A DNA stretch of 64,000 bases from Patescibacteria group bacterium (lineage in GTDB: Bacteria; Patescibacteriota; Patescibacteriia; UBA10025; JAHIVO01): the NCBI GenBank assembly GCA_049325535.1, contig JBMOKY010000001.1, forward strand, positions 877,942 through 941,941. Direction: 5' to 3'. The translations under genes were made by a program, and so were the position numbers. Position 1 is the first letter of the stretch; each line of letters opens with the position of its first letter. Under the pieces are notes generated by a model that was not told where the DNA came from, made no database searches, and saw only the letters and a list, made by a program, of their open reading frames with translations. Of this stretch, positions 16,713 to 26,400 are shown in pieces.

Positions 16713-19127
16713 CTACTCAGGCACGCCCGAATCCGTCTCTGGCGGCTTTTTTTTCGCGAAACTATCCTTCTTTTTTTCCACCGTATGTAGTTCAGGCGGC
16801 GCGAACGGGGACGCGCTCGCCTCTGCCGCCGATTGGGGTTTTTCTGATATCTCCGGCTCGAGCCCTTGTTCGACGTCTTGCAGCGGAGGCGGGGTAAACG
16901 CCTGATCAGTGGCGCCCATCTGTTCCAATTCTATTGTGGTAGTCCGGTGGGCTGCTTGCTCACCCGGTGCCGGCTTTTTGCGCAACTTCACCTTCAGTTC
17001 GATGATCCCCTTTTCCCTGGTCACCACGATCGGTTTGCTCTGGAATGATTCATAGCCCGATTTCACTACCACCAGATAGTATTTGCCCGGAGCGACCAGC
17101 GCCTGGAACAACCCCTCGCCGTTACTGACCCGGGTCCCAACCACATTACTCGTCTTCATATCATAGATACGCACCACCGCCAATCCCACCGGCTGACCAG
17201 TTGCAGCATCGGTGACTGCGCCCCATGATCGCTCATAATGGTGTGCAACTAAATATTTAAGGATGACCAACAAACCATACACCATCAGAAATAGATAGTT
17301 ATTCGTCGTCGGCTGGACGATCAGCGCGATCCAGCTGGCCAGCGTACCGACAATCAGCAAGGGTAAGCTCAGTCGCTCAAACACATTGCCGATCACATTC
17401 ATGACCCGCAACCACGTGACGCGCCGGACGGAAATATCACGCTGGTCCGGATCGATAGGTACATTGATAGCGAGCGACTGCTGATCCGGTTCTTTTACCG
17501 CAATCGTCTCACCGAGGTAAATATTCTCATATGGAGTAGCCGATGCTGAACGCAATAATTTCGAGGGAAACGTATATCCAGCATGGGCCGCCGTCACGAA
17601 GTATTGCCCCCGCTCAATCAGAAAGCCAAATCGACCCTCGGCATCAGTAATCTGCGTTTCCTTAAGCTTATTAAACTCCTTGGAAAAAATCCGGATGATA
17701 GTGCGGCGTACCGGCTGATTAGTGGTGCTATCAAACACCACACCCCAGGGTTTCCGCCGCTTGCCGACCGCCACCGGCACAAACCAGAGGTACCCCAGCC
17801 GGAGAAACAGGTAGACGACATTGCTCAGCTGGAGAGCAGTAATCGTCGAAGCGACACCGACGGCCGTCACGGCCGCGGTGGTACTCACCACCGGGGTGAT
17901 GATTTCCTCTACGATCCGCACCACCTGACTATTCTGCTGCAATTGTTTGACCACCCTACTCACCCGATCCGTCACATCCCGTACTGGTTTCGGGAGAATC
18001 TGGTTGATCGTATCGACGATGATACTATCCGGCTGATCTTCTTTTTCGATGACAATAACCGGTGGATTCGACCGGACAAAAGTAAATGATCCGGACGCCT
18101 CCCGGCTGTTTCCCGCCCGATCATAGGCTCGGACGATTATAGAATGCGCGCCCGAAGTAAAACCTGAATAGGTAAATGGGTCGGTTTCCCCGACCCCCAG
18201 CCTGATCAAACCAGCCTCGCCGGTGCTGAATTCATAATAATCCACTCCGGATAGTGCATCAGTCGCCACAAATCGCACACGTATGCTAGGTGAGGTGACC
18301 CGCGTACCGTCGAGAAATTCCAGGACAAATGTGTCCGGCGGGGTGATATCAATCTGTATACGAAAATGCGCCGTTTCCCCCCAACCATCGGCATTTTCCG
18401 CCCGGACGTGAAAATACCAGATGCCGTCACCAATAGCACTAAATGCATGTCCACCGCTCGTAGTGTCAGCAATAGTGTCAGGAATAGTGCCTGCCTGGTC
18501 GTCCAGTGCAAAACTAAACCCAGTGGCCCCATCAGGTGTCGTCCACGTAAATGACGGGTTCGCGTCACGGTACCAGGTATTTTCATCGGCGTGGGTACCA
18601 GAACTGACCGCCGGAGCATCAGGAAGGTTTACCACCGGCTCGGTGATGATGATATTGCCGATGGTAGCTTCTGCTACCAGCAAATCCGTCCCTTGCCCGT
18701 CATTGGCCAAAATCCTGCTCTGAGAAGTAACGATGGAAGCGGTACCAATGCCCGTGCCACGGAACGTGACGGTGATGATTGTACCAGCGGATCCACTGTA
18801 CCCCGGGGTAGGCAACCCACCGCTGAAGCTGATAGTGCCGTTTACATTTGAGTAGGTCGGTTCGACCGCCCAAAAGCTAAAAATACCCGTCCGGTCAATA
18901 CTCTCAACCTGCAGCAACGATGCGGGAAAGGTGATCGTCGACTCTGCGGCGTTCAGTGCCGTACCCTGCGCATCCACCTGGACGACGACGGCGAGCGTAT
19001 TACCTTCGGCTACTGATGCCGTGCCGGGCGACAAGGTAAATACAGCTGCATCAGCCGTTCCGGCCGTGCAAAAAATAATAATAATGGCCGCCGCTGTACC
19101 TATACCAAAAACAAATACTCGTTTCAT
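16713..19127 (-). CDS. Membrane protein with N-terminal cohesin-like domain, Ig/Fn-like domains, TM helices and two carboxypeptidase-regulatory-like domains
   Basis: Start moved to ATG 19127 (ATGA overlap, signal peptide MKRVFVFG); LNAAESTITFP..LLQVESID cohesin-like; WGVVFDS/WGAVTDA...TDAEGRF/SNGEGLF repeats. Confidence 0.7.
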   Translation of the reverse strand: MKRVFVFGIGTAAAIIIIFCTAGTADAAVFTLSPGTASVAEGNTLAVVVQVDAQGTALNAAESTITFPASLLQVESIDRTGIFSFWAVEPTYSNVNGTISFSGGLPTPGYSGSAGTIITVTFRGTGIGTASIVTSQSRILANDGQGTDLLVAEATIGNIIITEPVVNLPDAPAVSSGTHADENTWYRDANPSFTWTTPDGATGFSFALDDQAGTIPDTIADTTSGGHAFSAIGDGIWYFHVRAENADGWGETAHFRIQIDITPPDTFVLEFLDGTRVTSPSIRVRFVATDALSGVDYYEFSTGEAGLIRLGVGETDPFTYSGFTSGAHSIIVRAYDRAGNSREASGSFTFVRSNPPVIVIEKEDQPDSIIVDTINQILPKPVRDVTDRVSRVVKQLQQNSQVVRIVEEIITPVVSTTAAVTAVGVASTITALQLSNVVYLFLRLGYLWFVPVAVGKRRKPWGVVFDSTTNQPVRRTIIRIFSKEFNKLKETQITDAEGRFGFLIERGQYFVTAAHAGYTFPSKLLRSASATPYENIYLGETIAVKEPDQQSLAINVPIDPDQRDISVRRVTWLRVMNVIGNVFERLSLPLLIVGTLASWIALIVQPTTNNYLFLMVYGLLVILKYLVAHHYERSWGAVTDAATGQPVGLAVVRIYDMKTSNVVGTRVSNGEGLFQALVAPGKYYLVVVKSGYESFQSKPIVVTREKGIIELKVKLRKKPAPGEQAAHRTTTIELEQMGATDQAFTPPPLQDVEQGLEPEISEKPQSAAEASASPFAPPELHTVEKKKDSFAKKKPPETDSGVPE

Positions 19128-20272
19128 ACCTTTTTTCGTCTCCGGATGACCATGGTACCCAGCACTCCGGCACACACTGCAAACACCACAGCCGCCAGCA
19201 GGAGTACATTTGAATCAAATGACGCCCGGGATGTGGAACCAGACCCCCCATGGACAACCGTTGTCTCAGATTTATTGCCGGCCCGGTCAAATGCCCGGAT
19301 GACAATATCCTGACGGTGTACCTGATCAGTCAATAAGTAAGGGCTCACGGCAGGTGATACCACTTGATTACCCTCTACTACTTCATAGTAGTCAATGCCC
19401 GAGGTGGTATCATACGAGCCAAAACTTAAATAATACCGGCCGCCAAACACATCCGGGTCAGTATCAATCTTTGCCGTGATGGAAAGCGGCGGGGTGCTAT
19501 CGATCTGCGCCCGCCGTACGCCGACGACTTGCCATTCATCACGAGTCAATTTTTCTCTCAATATGAAATAGTGTACCCCGTCCGCTACTGCTGCATAGGT
19601 AGCTGAATCCTGCGGTTCATCCACAAAATCATCTGGTACGGTGGTCGGTAACTCGCTCAGGGCGTAGCTATAAAACGCGCGGTCCCGCGGTTGCCACTGA
19701 GCAGTAAAGGTCGACCCCGGATACCACGTATCTTCATCCGGGTGCGTCGGCGACGTGATATCCAGTGCATAGGGTGACGCATTGACGATCGTATAGGTAC
19801 CGGCGACAGTCGTCAACGCCGCGGCGGTCCCCCGACCGTCATTCAGGTAGACTCCGCTCTGATCCGCGTCCACCACCACTGTGGCGGTACCCAGCGTCCG
19901 CGCCCGGAACGTCACTCGTATCAGCGGGCTATCCACCACCAAAGTACCATTTGGCTTGCCACCGGTAAAACTGATACTCCCCGCGTCGGCATTGATCGAC
20001 GGCTCATGCACCCACATGCTGAGGAATGACGTACTCCAATCCACCGATTCCACTTCCAAAAGGTCAGTGGGATAGGAAAGCGTCGCACTCACTGCATTGA
20101 TATATTCGCGCTCACTATCCAGATTGACCGTGACGATGAACGTATCGTTCACATCCACACTGGCAGTCTGCGGAGAGGGATTCATCACCGCCGCTTGTGC
20201 CGCCGATGCCACGGCCAGCAACGCGCCGCTCACGATGATGCTCCACATGAATTGTATAATCGTCCGACGCAT
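19124..20272 (-). CDS. Cohesin-like domain protein with C-terminal TM anchor
   Basis: INAVSATLSYPTDLLEVESVD paralogous to previous gene; shared SxTHxDExTWY motif; C-terminal TM plus RRRKK. Confidence 0.7.
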   Translation of the reverse strand: MRRTIIQFMWSIIVSGALLAVASAAQAAVMNPSPQTASVDVNDTFIVTVNLDSEREYINAVSATLSYPTDLLEVESVDWSTSFLSMWVHEPSINADAGSISFTGGKPNGTLVVDSPLIRVTFRARTLGTATVVVDADQSGVYLNDGRGTAAALTTVAGTYTIVNASPYALDITSPTHPDEDTWYPGSTFTAQWQPRDRAFYSYALSELPTTVPDDFVDEPQDSATYAAVADGVHYFILREKLTRDEWQVVGVRRAQIDSTPPLSITAKIDTDPDVFGGRYYLSFGSYDTTSGIDYYEVVEGNQVVSPAVSPYLLTDQVHRQDIVIRAFDRAGNKSETTVVHGGSGSTSRASFDSNVLLLAAVVFAVCAGVLGTMVIRRRKKV

Positions 20273-20278
20273 AGGGAG

Positions 20279-21139
20279 TTACCCTGTCCAATAATAAAGT
20301 AATATGCTGAAATCAATGACATTCACGGTCGTATCGGCATTGATATCCGCCCGCGCCTGAGACGGGTTGGTCGCATTCCAAAAATACAATAGGATGCTGA
20401 AATCAACGATATCGACGCTGCCGTCACAATTGATATCGCCCGGAGTGGATGCGGCGCACTGATCCACGGCAGCTACTGCCAGCACAAGCGCGGGACCATC
20501 GACGGATGTTTGCGCACCACTGGTAGCGCGTGGAGTGATAATGTGAGAACCGGCGCTGAGTGTCGATCCGGCGATGGTACGTGTCCACGCACCTTGGGCG
20601 TTTGCCGTCACCGTGAATTGCTGGCTCGCGCTGCCTCCGCCAGCCAGGGTGGAAACGATATACATGGTCACGGTGCTACTGGGAACGCTGATACCCTGCA
20701 CCACGACTGATTCCGCTTCGGTAATGCTGGCGATAGACAGCGCCATGGTCGGCCCTAAAAAGATATTGCTTACCGCGGTCGTAGTTCCCTCGCCAAATGT
20801 CAATGTATACGACACCGTAGCGCCAATACGGCCCTGCGTATCCTGGCCAACTAATGTGTAGGTGTGTGTACCCGGAGTGACGATGGTGCTGGATGAAAAA
20901 GAAGCACTGCTATTTGCCGTCGGCGTGGCGATGACGATTCCATCCTGCCGAATCGTCACCGTTCCACCGGGATAGGCCAGACCACTGAACTGGATAATCG
21001 TGTCAGGATCTTCCGCCGGCGCTTCTGGTACGACCGCGCTGACCGTCACATCCACCGCCGATGCAAAACCAGCACTCATCAGCCATACAGCCATGAGTAC
21101 CAGCGTGCCGTACTGGAGTATAGTGCGCGGTCCCAGCAC
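20279..21139 (-). CDS. Secreted Ig-like protein with C-terminal dockerin type I-like domain
   Basis: Duplicated Ca-loop/helix: GDINCDGSVDIVDFSILLYFW and ADINADTTVNVIDFSILLYYW. Confidence 0.8.
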   Translation of the reverse strand: MLGPRTILQYGTLVLMAVWLMSAGFASAVDVTVSAVVPEAPAEDPDTIIQFSGLAYPGGTVTIRQDGIVIATPTANSSASFSSSTIVTPGTHTYTLVGQDTQGRIGATVSYTLTFGEGTTTAVSNIFLGPTMALSIASITEAESVVVQGISVPSSTVTMYIVSTLAGGGSASQQFTVTANAQGAWTRTIAGSTLSAGSHIITPRATSGAQTSVDGPALVLAVAAVDQCAASTPGDINCDGSVDIVDFSILLYFWNATNPSQARADINADTTVNVIDFSILLYYWTG

Positions 21140-21150
21140 GATTGTATTGA

Positions 21151-22182
21151 TTACTTCTTATCGGTCGGGGGGGTGGATTGCGTATCGGTCGCACCGCGCT
21201 GCATAGCCTTGGCCACGATCCATTTATTGTACCGGCGCAGGAGCAGCCAGAGCAATACCAGGATAATGATGATGCCAATACCCCAAACGATCATCACATG
21301 CCAGGGCAACACCCAGAAGGTGAGCGTGGCTGATTTGTTTATGGTAGTATCGATACCCGCCTGCGTACTGATCGCTGCGGTATACCGGCCGATGGCGAAA
21401 TTTTTCCGCTCATTTTTGAATTCAGCCCAAAATCCAGTATCCGTCGACACGTCCCCTTTTTGCCATACCGTCTCATATTTACGGATAGTCTGCGGAAGCG
21501 TGGCGCCGTTTGACGGATTAAACTCCAGCGAAGCTACCGCATTGCCAAACATATTATTCACCTCAATCATACCGGTCGGCCGCAAATGGACGTTGCCCGA
21601 ATTTTCGTAGCGCGTAACAAATGTTAGCGGCAGCCGATTGGCGCTGGTCGCATCGTCCTGGAGTATAAATTCCTTGATGTCACCAGCTTCAATCACGTCG
21701 CCTGGCACCCGCGCCAGGAGAAGGATGCCAATCTTGGTGCCCACGGCGATCTGTCCGCCGCTCTGCGCCTCAGGCGGAGTATTGGAAAAAAACACTGCTG
21801 CATAGTGTCCGCCCGGTCCGGCATTTTCCGGAGGGGTGACGGTAATCGGAACGGTTATCCGATCCCCTGGTTCCAGATGAAACGGACCCTCTTCAATCGT
21901 CAACCACGAACTCAGGTCTTCCGGTTCCGCGTCGAACCGATACGACGGCTTGCCCGATTCTCCGGCAGCGCCAAAACTGGTCGCCTCGGTATAGAGATCC
22001 ACGGCGGCATCGGTTTCATTGAATAATTTGACTGACGTCTCATATTCCTGGCCCGGCGACACCTCAAACTCCAGCGACGGTGGGATAATCGTGATCGCCT
22101 GCGCGCCTGCCGCAGCCACCAGGCTGCCGGCAAACACCAGCGATGCTATGACAAGCATTTTTTTATACATACGTTCCTCCAA
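21151..22182 (-). CDS. DUF916/DUF3324-like (WxL-interacting/chaperone-like) membrane-anchored protein
   Basis: ITIIPPSLE..PG, PGGHYAAVFF, ENSGNVHLRPTG, GRYTA, C-terminal TM. Confidence 0.65.
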   Translation of the reverse strand: MEERMYKKMLVIASLVFAGSLVAAAGAQAITIIPPSLEFEVSPGQEYETSVKLFNETDAAVDLYTEATSFGAAGESGKPSYRFDAEPEDLSSWLTIEEGPFHLEPGDRITVPITVTPPENAGPGGHYAAVFFSNTPPEAQSGGQIAVGTKIGILLLARVPGDVIEAGDIKEFILQDDATSANRLPLTFVTRYENSGNVHLRPTGMIEVNNMFGNAVASLEFNPSNGATLPQTIRKYETVWQKGDVSTDTGFWAEFKNERKNFAIGRYTAAISTQAGIDTTINKSATLTFWVLPWHVMIVWGIGIIIILVLLWLLLRRYNKWIVAKAMQRGATDTQSTPPTDKK

Positions 22183-22246
22183 AAAAAGTATTAATAGAGC
22201 AATGACCTGATGCCGCTGTTCGTGTAGAAGCTCCGTGTCAGTATCA

Positions 22247-23287
22247 CTAGAATGTCGCGGTGGCGATGTAGGTCAGATCAGCGGTATAAGTGCCAGCCTC
22301 GGTATCAGAGGCGATATTGGCCACGTACCGGGCAGAATAGGTTGTGTCTGACGAAGGTCCGCCAACTGAAGCAACTTCATCCGGAAAATTTACGGTGTCA
22401 AAGGCAAAACCCGCAGCCGCATACGGCGCTGATACCGCTCCCGACCCGCCGGAGGCGGTAAAGCGAACGCCAAACTGTTCGGCACCACCGCCATTTGGCG
22501 CGGTATTGGTGCCACCAATAGCGGTGATGGTATCGAGTCCAGCCGAGGTCAGTGTAGCGCCGTCCAGGGTGATGGAATACCCACCGGTGGCATTGGTCCC
22601 AGCTACTAGATCATGTGCTCCTGTCTCAGTCGCCGATCCAGTGCCGGCGCCATTGGCATACCGGTCAGCCGTGGTACTGAGTGAACCAAATCCGACGGAT
22701 GTGTCAGAAATGCTGAAGGTCAATGACGGGTCTACTGTAGCACTGACCGTCACCGTGTCATCTGAGACAATAGCCACCGACAATGAGCCGGAATCTGATG
22801 TGGTGGTAATATCGATCTCGTACGTATCGGCTGATGAGGGATTGGTAATCTCACCATTGGCTATAGCAAGTGTCTTGGCTCCGGCCGTCACCGTATCTCC
22901 GGTACACACCGTTAGGGTAATATTTTCATCCGGCGCGCTGGTATCGACTGCTGCGGTTACTTCGGCAGCAGCGCCGGTACAAGCATCCACCACGGTCAGT
23001 CCTGTCCCGGTCATATCGGCGTAGTCCAGCGTACCTTTCAACACAAAAGCGTCTGCCGCCGGATCAAACTGGATTTTGATGGTCTGCCCTGCGGTCAGTG
23101 CGGTAGCGGTGGTAAAGGTAATCTCATGGTCTGAATCGGTCGATGCCTGTAGTCGAGTCATGGTATCACTCAGATTTGTCAAAGCATCCGCGTGGAGAGC
23201 CGCCCGGGGTATGCTGATGGTCGCCGCGACCAGGAGCACGAGCATGATGATGGAAAATCGTTTTGAATAACGTGTGGCTTGTTTCAT
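22247..23287 (-). CDS. Secreted beta-rich protein with WxL-like C-terminal domain; candidate major fibre subunit
   Basis: Signal peptide; ends AGTYTADLTYIATATF; C-terminal ~160 aa paralogous to end of the 4422-aa protein. Confidence 0.6.
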   Translation of the reverse strand: MKQATRYSKRFSIIMLVLLVAATISIPRAALHADALTNLSDTMTRLQASTDSDHEITFTTATALTAGQTIKIQFDPAADAFVLKGTLDYADMTGTGLTVVDACTGAAAEVTAAVDTSAPDENITLTVCTGDTVTAGAKTLAIANGEITNPSSADTYEIDITTTSDSGSLSVAIVSDDTVTVSATVDPSLTFSISDTSVGFGSLSTTADRYANGAGTGSATETGAHDLVAGTNATGGYSITLDGATLTSAGLDTITAIGGTNTAPNGGGAEQFGVRFTASGGSGAVSAPYAAAGFAFDTVNFPDEVASVGGPSSDTTYSARYVANIASDTEAGTYTADLTYIATATF

Positions 23288-23367
23288 AAAATTCTATTAT
23301 GAATGAATACTTAGGTTTTTCTTAAACCTCCTAGATCATTCCTCCTATTTTTATTTTATCCGTTTAT

Positions 23368-23396
23368 AGTATATCATCTTTTGCTGTCTCCGTCAA
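23368..23396 (-). promoter_or_regulatory. Near-consensus sigma70 promoter for the 23287 gene
   Basis: TTGACG-17 nt-(TGn)TATACT. Confidence 0.7.
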
Positions 23397-23432
23397 TAGT
23401 ATACACTATCACTGGCCAAATATCAACATACA

Positions 23433-26400
23433 TCAAAATTCCGGCGTTATGATATAAGTTATATTCGACGTATAATTCCCCGCCTCGGTCTGAGAGCTGA
23501 TATTACTCATATATCTGACTGAATAGGTGGTGGTGCTCGATGCGCCGGCTGATGTGGCAAATGTATCCGGAAAATTTATGAGATCATAAGCAAACCCCGC
23601 ATCGGCATACGGCGCGCTGACTGAGCCGCTCCCGCCGCTAGCGGTGGCGCGGATACCATACTGCTCGGTACCGGTCTGCGATGCGGTGTTGGTGCCACCA
23701 ATATAATCAATACTATCCCCCGCGCCTGAAGTCAGAGTAGTGCCGTCGATATCGATACTATACCCCCCGCCGCCACTGGTAGCAGCCGCCAGAGTATGCG
23801 CCTGCACTTCTGTGTCTGATCCCGTACCGTCGCCCGTGGCATACCGGTCCTGCGTGGCGCTCAATGAGCCAAATCCGATGGTAGTATCGGAGATACTGAA
23901 ACTCATACTATTGATCAACCAGCAGTCGTTATTGGTAGCGTCAAAATTCGTGCCATTGGACGCGTCGATATCGGGCGCCTGGCCGCAGGCGTCTGAATCG
24001 CGCACGTTGGTATTGGACACTGACCGGGTACCGGCCACATGGATATCCCACTGGGTGCCGGTGGAAGAACTGCGCAAGAAAACCCGGGTGCCCGTCGCCT
24101 GGCCATTGAAGGAAATATTCTGGAAGGTATAGGTCGATCCGGCATTGAAACGCAGCTTGGTATTGGCCGTCGTGGCAGTAAAATTATTATCCGTTTCAGC
24201 AGCGGCGCTGAATATTACCGAGGGACTGGTCTCTGGATTTGAGCCGGAGCTATTGGTGATGGTAAGATTATAAAATGCCGAAGCGCCGGTCATGGTGCCG
24301 GAAAATGTCTGCTGGTTGATGCCGTCGGCGGTAACCGTACCCGACCGCGCTTCAAAGATGTCATTATTGGTCCAGTTTCCCGCTAGATACACCGAATAAT
24401 TACTTAAATTTTTCGTATCCAGTGTACCGCCGGTAATGGTCAGGTTTCCATTGACATCCAGATTTGATTCCAGCTGAAAGGTGTCACCATTGGCACTGTC
24501 ATTTAATACGACGTGGAAAAAATCATCACACGCGGCACACTGTGCGCCGGATGAATCAATATAGATGGTACCGCCGGGTTTGGCCGCACCGGTAAAGGTG
24601 GCCGTCGCCAGCTGTGACGTGAATGTGTCAGCATTGGTCCAGTCCCCGCCGATAGTTATAGCATTGCTTTCTGTGGATTTGGTATCGAGTATACCATCGG
24701 TAATGGTGATGTCATTTTCCACGGTCAGCGGATCTTCGATCTCGACCGTCAAATCGTACGTGCCGCCGCCGTCATCGATCACCAGATCATACGGATTGCC
24801 GGTACCGGCGGTGATCAGATCGCTGGTCACATCGCTGACAGCGGTAGCCGGAATCGTGAATGCCAGCGTAGAGCCGACATTCGTGCCGTCGCTGTTATTC
24901 AGCTGGGCGCCGGACTGGAGGTCAAATTTTCCATCGGTGGCCATATAGGTCCCATCAGTCTCCACATCATCATCCACATCCAGCCGGCCACCGCCCGATC
25001 CCCCATCAGCCGCGATGGTGATGCCCCCGATCCCGATATCCAAATCATACCCATGGGTATTGAATACATCACCATCATTAATGGTCAAAGACTTAGCAGT
25101 CATGTCAGTGGCCAGGTCAGTCGTATCAGGCGACGTGCCAATATGCACGTCTCCGACGCTTGTTTGGGTGACGCGGTTATCGGCGTACGTCAGATCGCCG
25201 TCGAGAATCAGCAGACCGGACGTAGCGGGATTGAACGTAGCGCCGGATGCGATGGTAAAATCACCGGCCACATTCAGATTTGACGACGCGTGATGGGTAA
25301 ATGAGCCGCTGGACACCGTAAACGTACCATTGACATCCATGGCGTCAGCACTCGAAACTGATCCGACACCTACCTGAAAATTCGACAGAGTTTTTCCGCC
25401 TGACGTGATCACTTTACTGGCGCCATTCATCAGCAGCGTGTGCCCAGCGGTCGCCGTAAACGTGTCGCAATTGCTCAAGGTCGTATTGCCAGTCACGGTC
25501 CAGGTCGCAGTGCCAGTAGTCACGCTGTTTGTGCTGGCGCCGGCGGTGCAGGATAGATCGTTGCCCACCGTGATGACGGCATTGTTGCTGGCCGCATTCA
25601 GATGTACGTTATGTGACCCATCACCGACGACCAAATCATGGGTGATGCTGTTTGCCGTGGGGCTGGTGAAGGTATAGGCGGGTGTGGCGCCGCCGCTTGG
25701 TTGGACGTGCAGATTATAATAGTAACTATAATTCGACAGGCTCTGGATGTCGGTAGCGACCTCGCCGGTGTACCGGAACGTGGATGTATTTCCCACGATC
25801 CGACCATTATTGATCACCGGCCTTGATCCACCGGTGCCGCCCTGGGTGATCACCCACGTTTTTGATCCCGCATGCAGCGCGTGACCATAGCACGACTCCT
25901 CGGTACAGCCGCAAATCTCCAACGGGTCGTACACCGCATCGGTAGTGATGACGCCGGTCACCGTCATCTGTCCCGTGCCTGTCGCGGTGGTTATCCGGTC
26001 AGCGCACTGGGTGGTGGATGACAGATGGAAATTATTGATCGACCAGGCGGTGTCGCCACCAAAACTCCCGCTAGTCGAAGGTATGGTCAAAGTGCCGGCA
26101 GTCAGATTCAAAATCCCATCACCGGTAATATCACCACCAGTGACCGTCAGATTTTGCGCGCCGGTGACGGTCGTGCCGCTACCTACCACCATATCATTGG
26201 AAACGGTCATGGGATCATCCAGCGTAATCGTGCCACTGCCTGAAGTCTGGAAATTATACGGGGACGTGTCACTGCCATACACATTATCAACAAACAAGGT
26301 GCCGGTCCCGTTCATGATCAGGGTACTGCCCGTGTCTGGAATAAACTGACCACGGGTCAGCTCGACATCGCCGCCGACCGTCCAGGTGCCGGCGCCGGCG

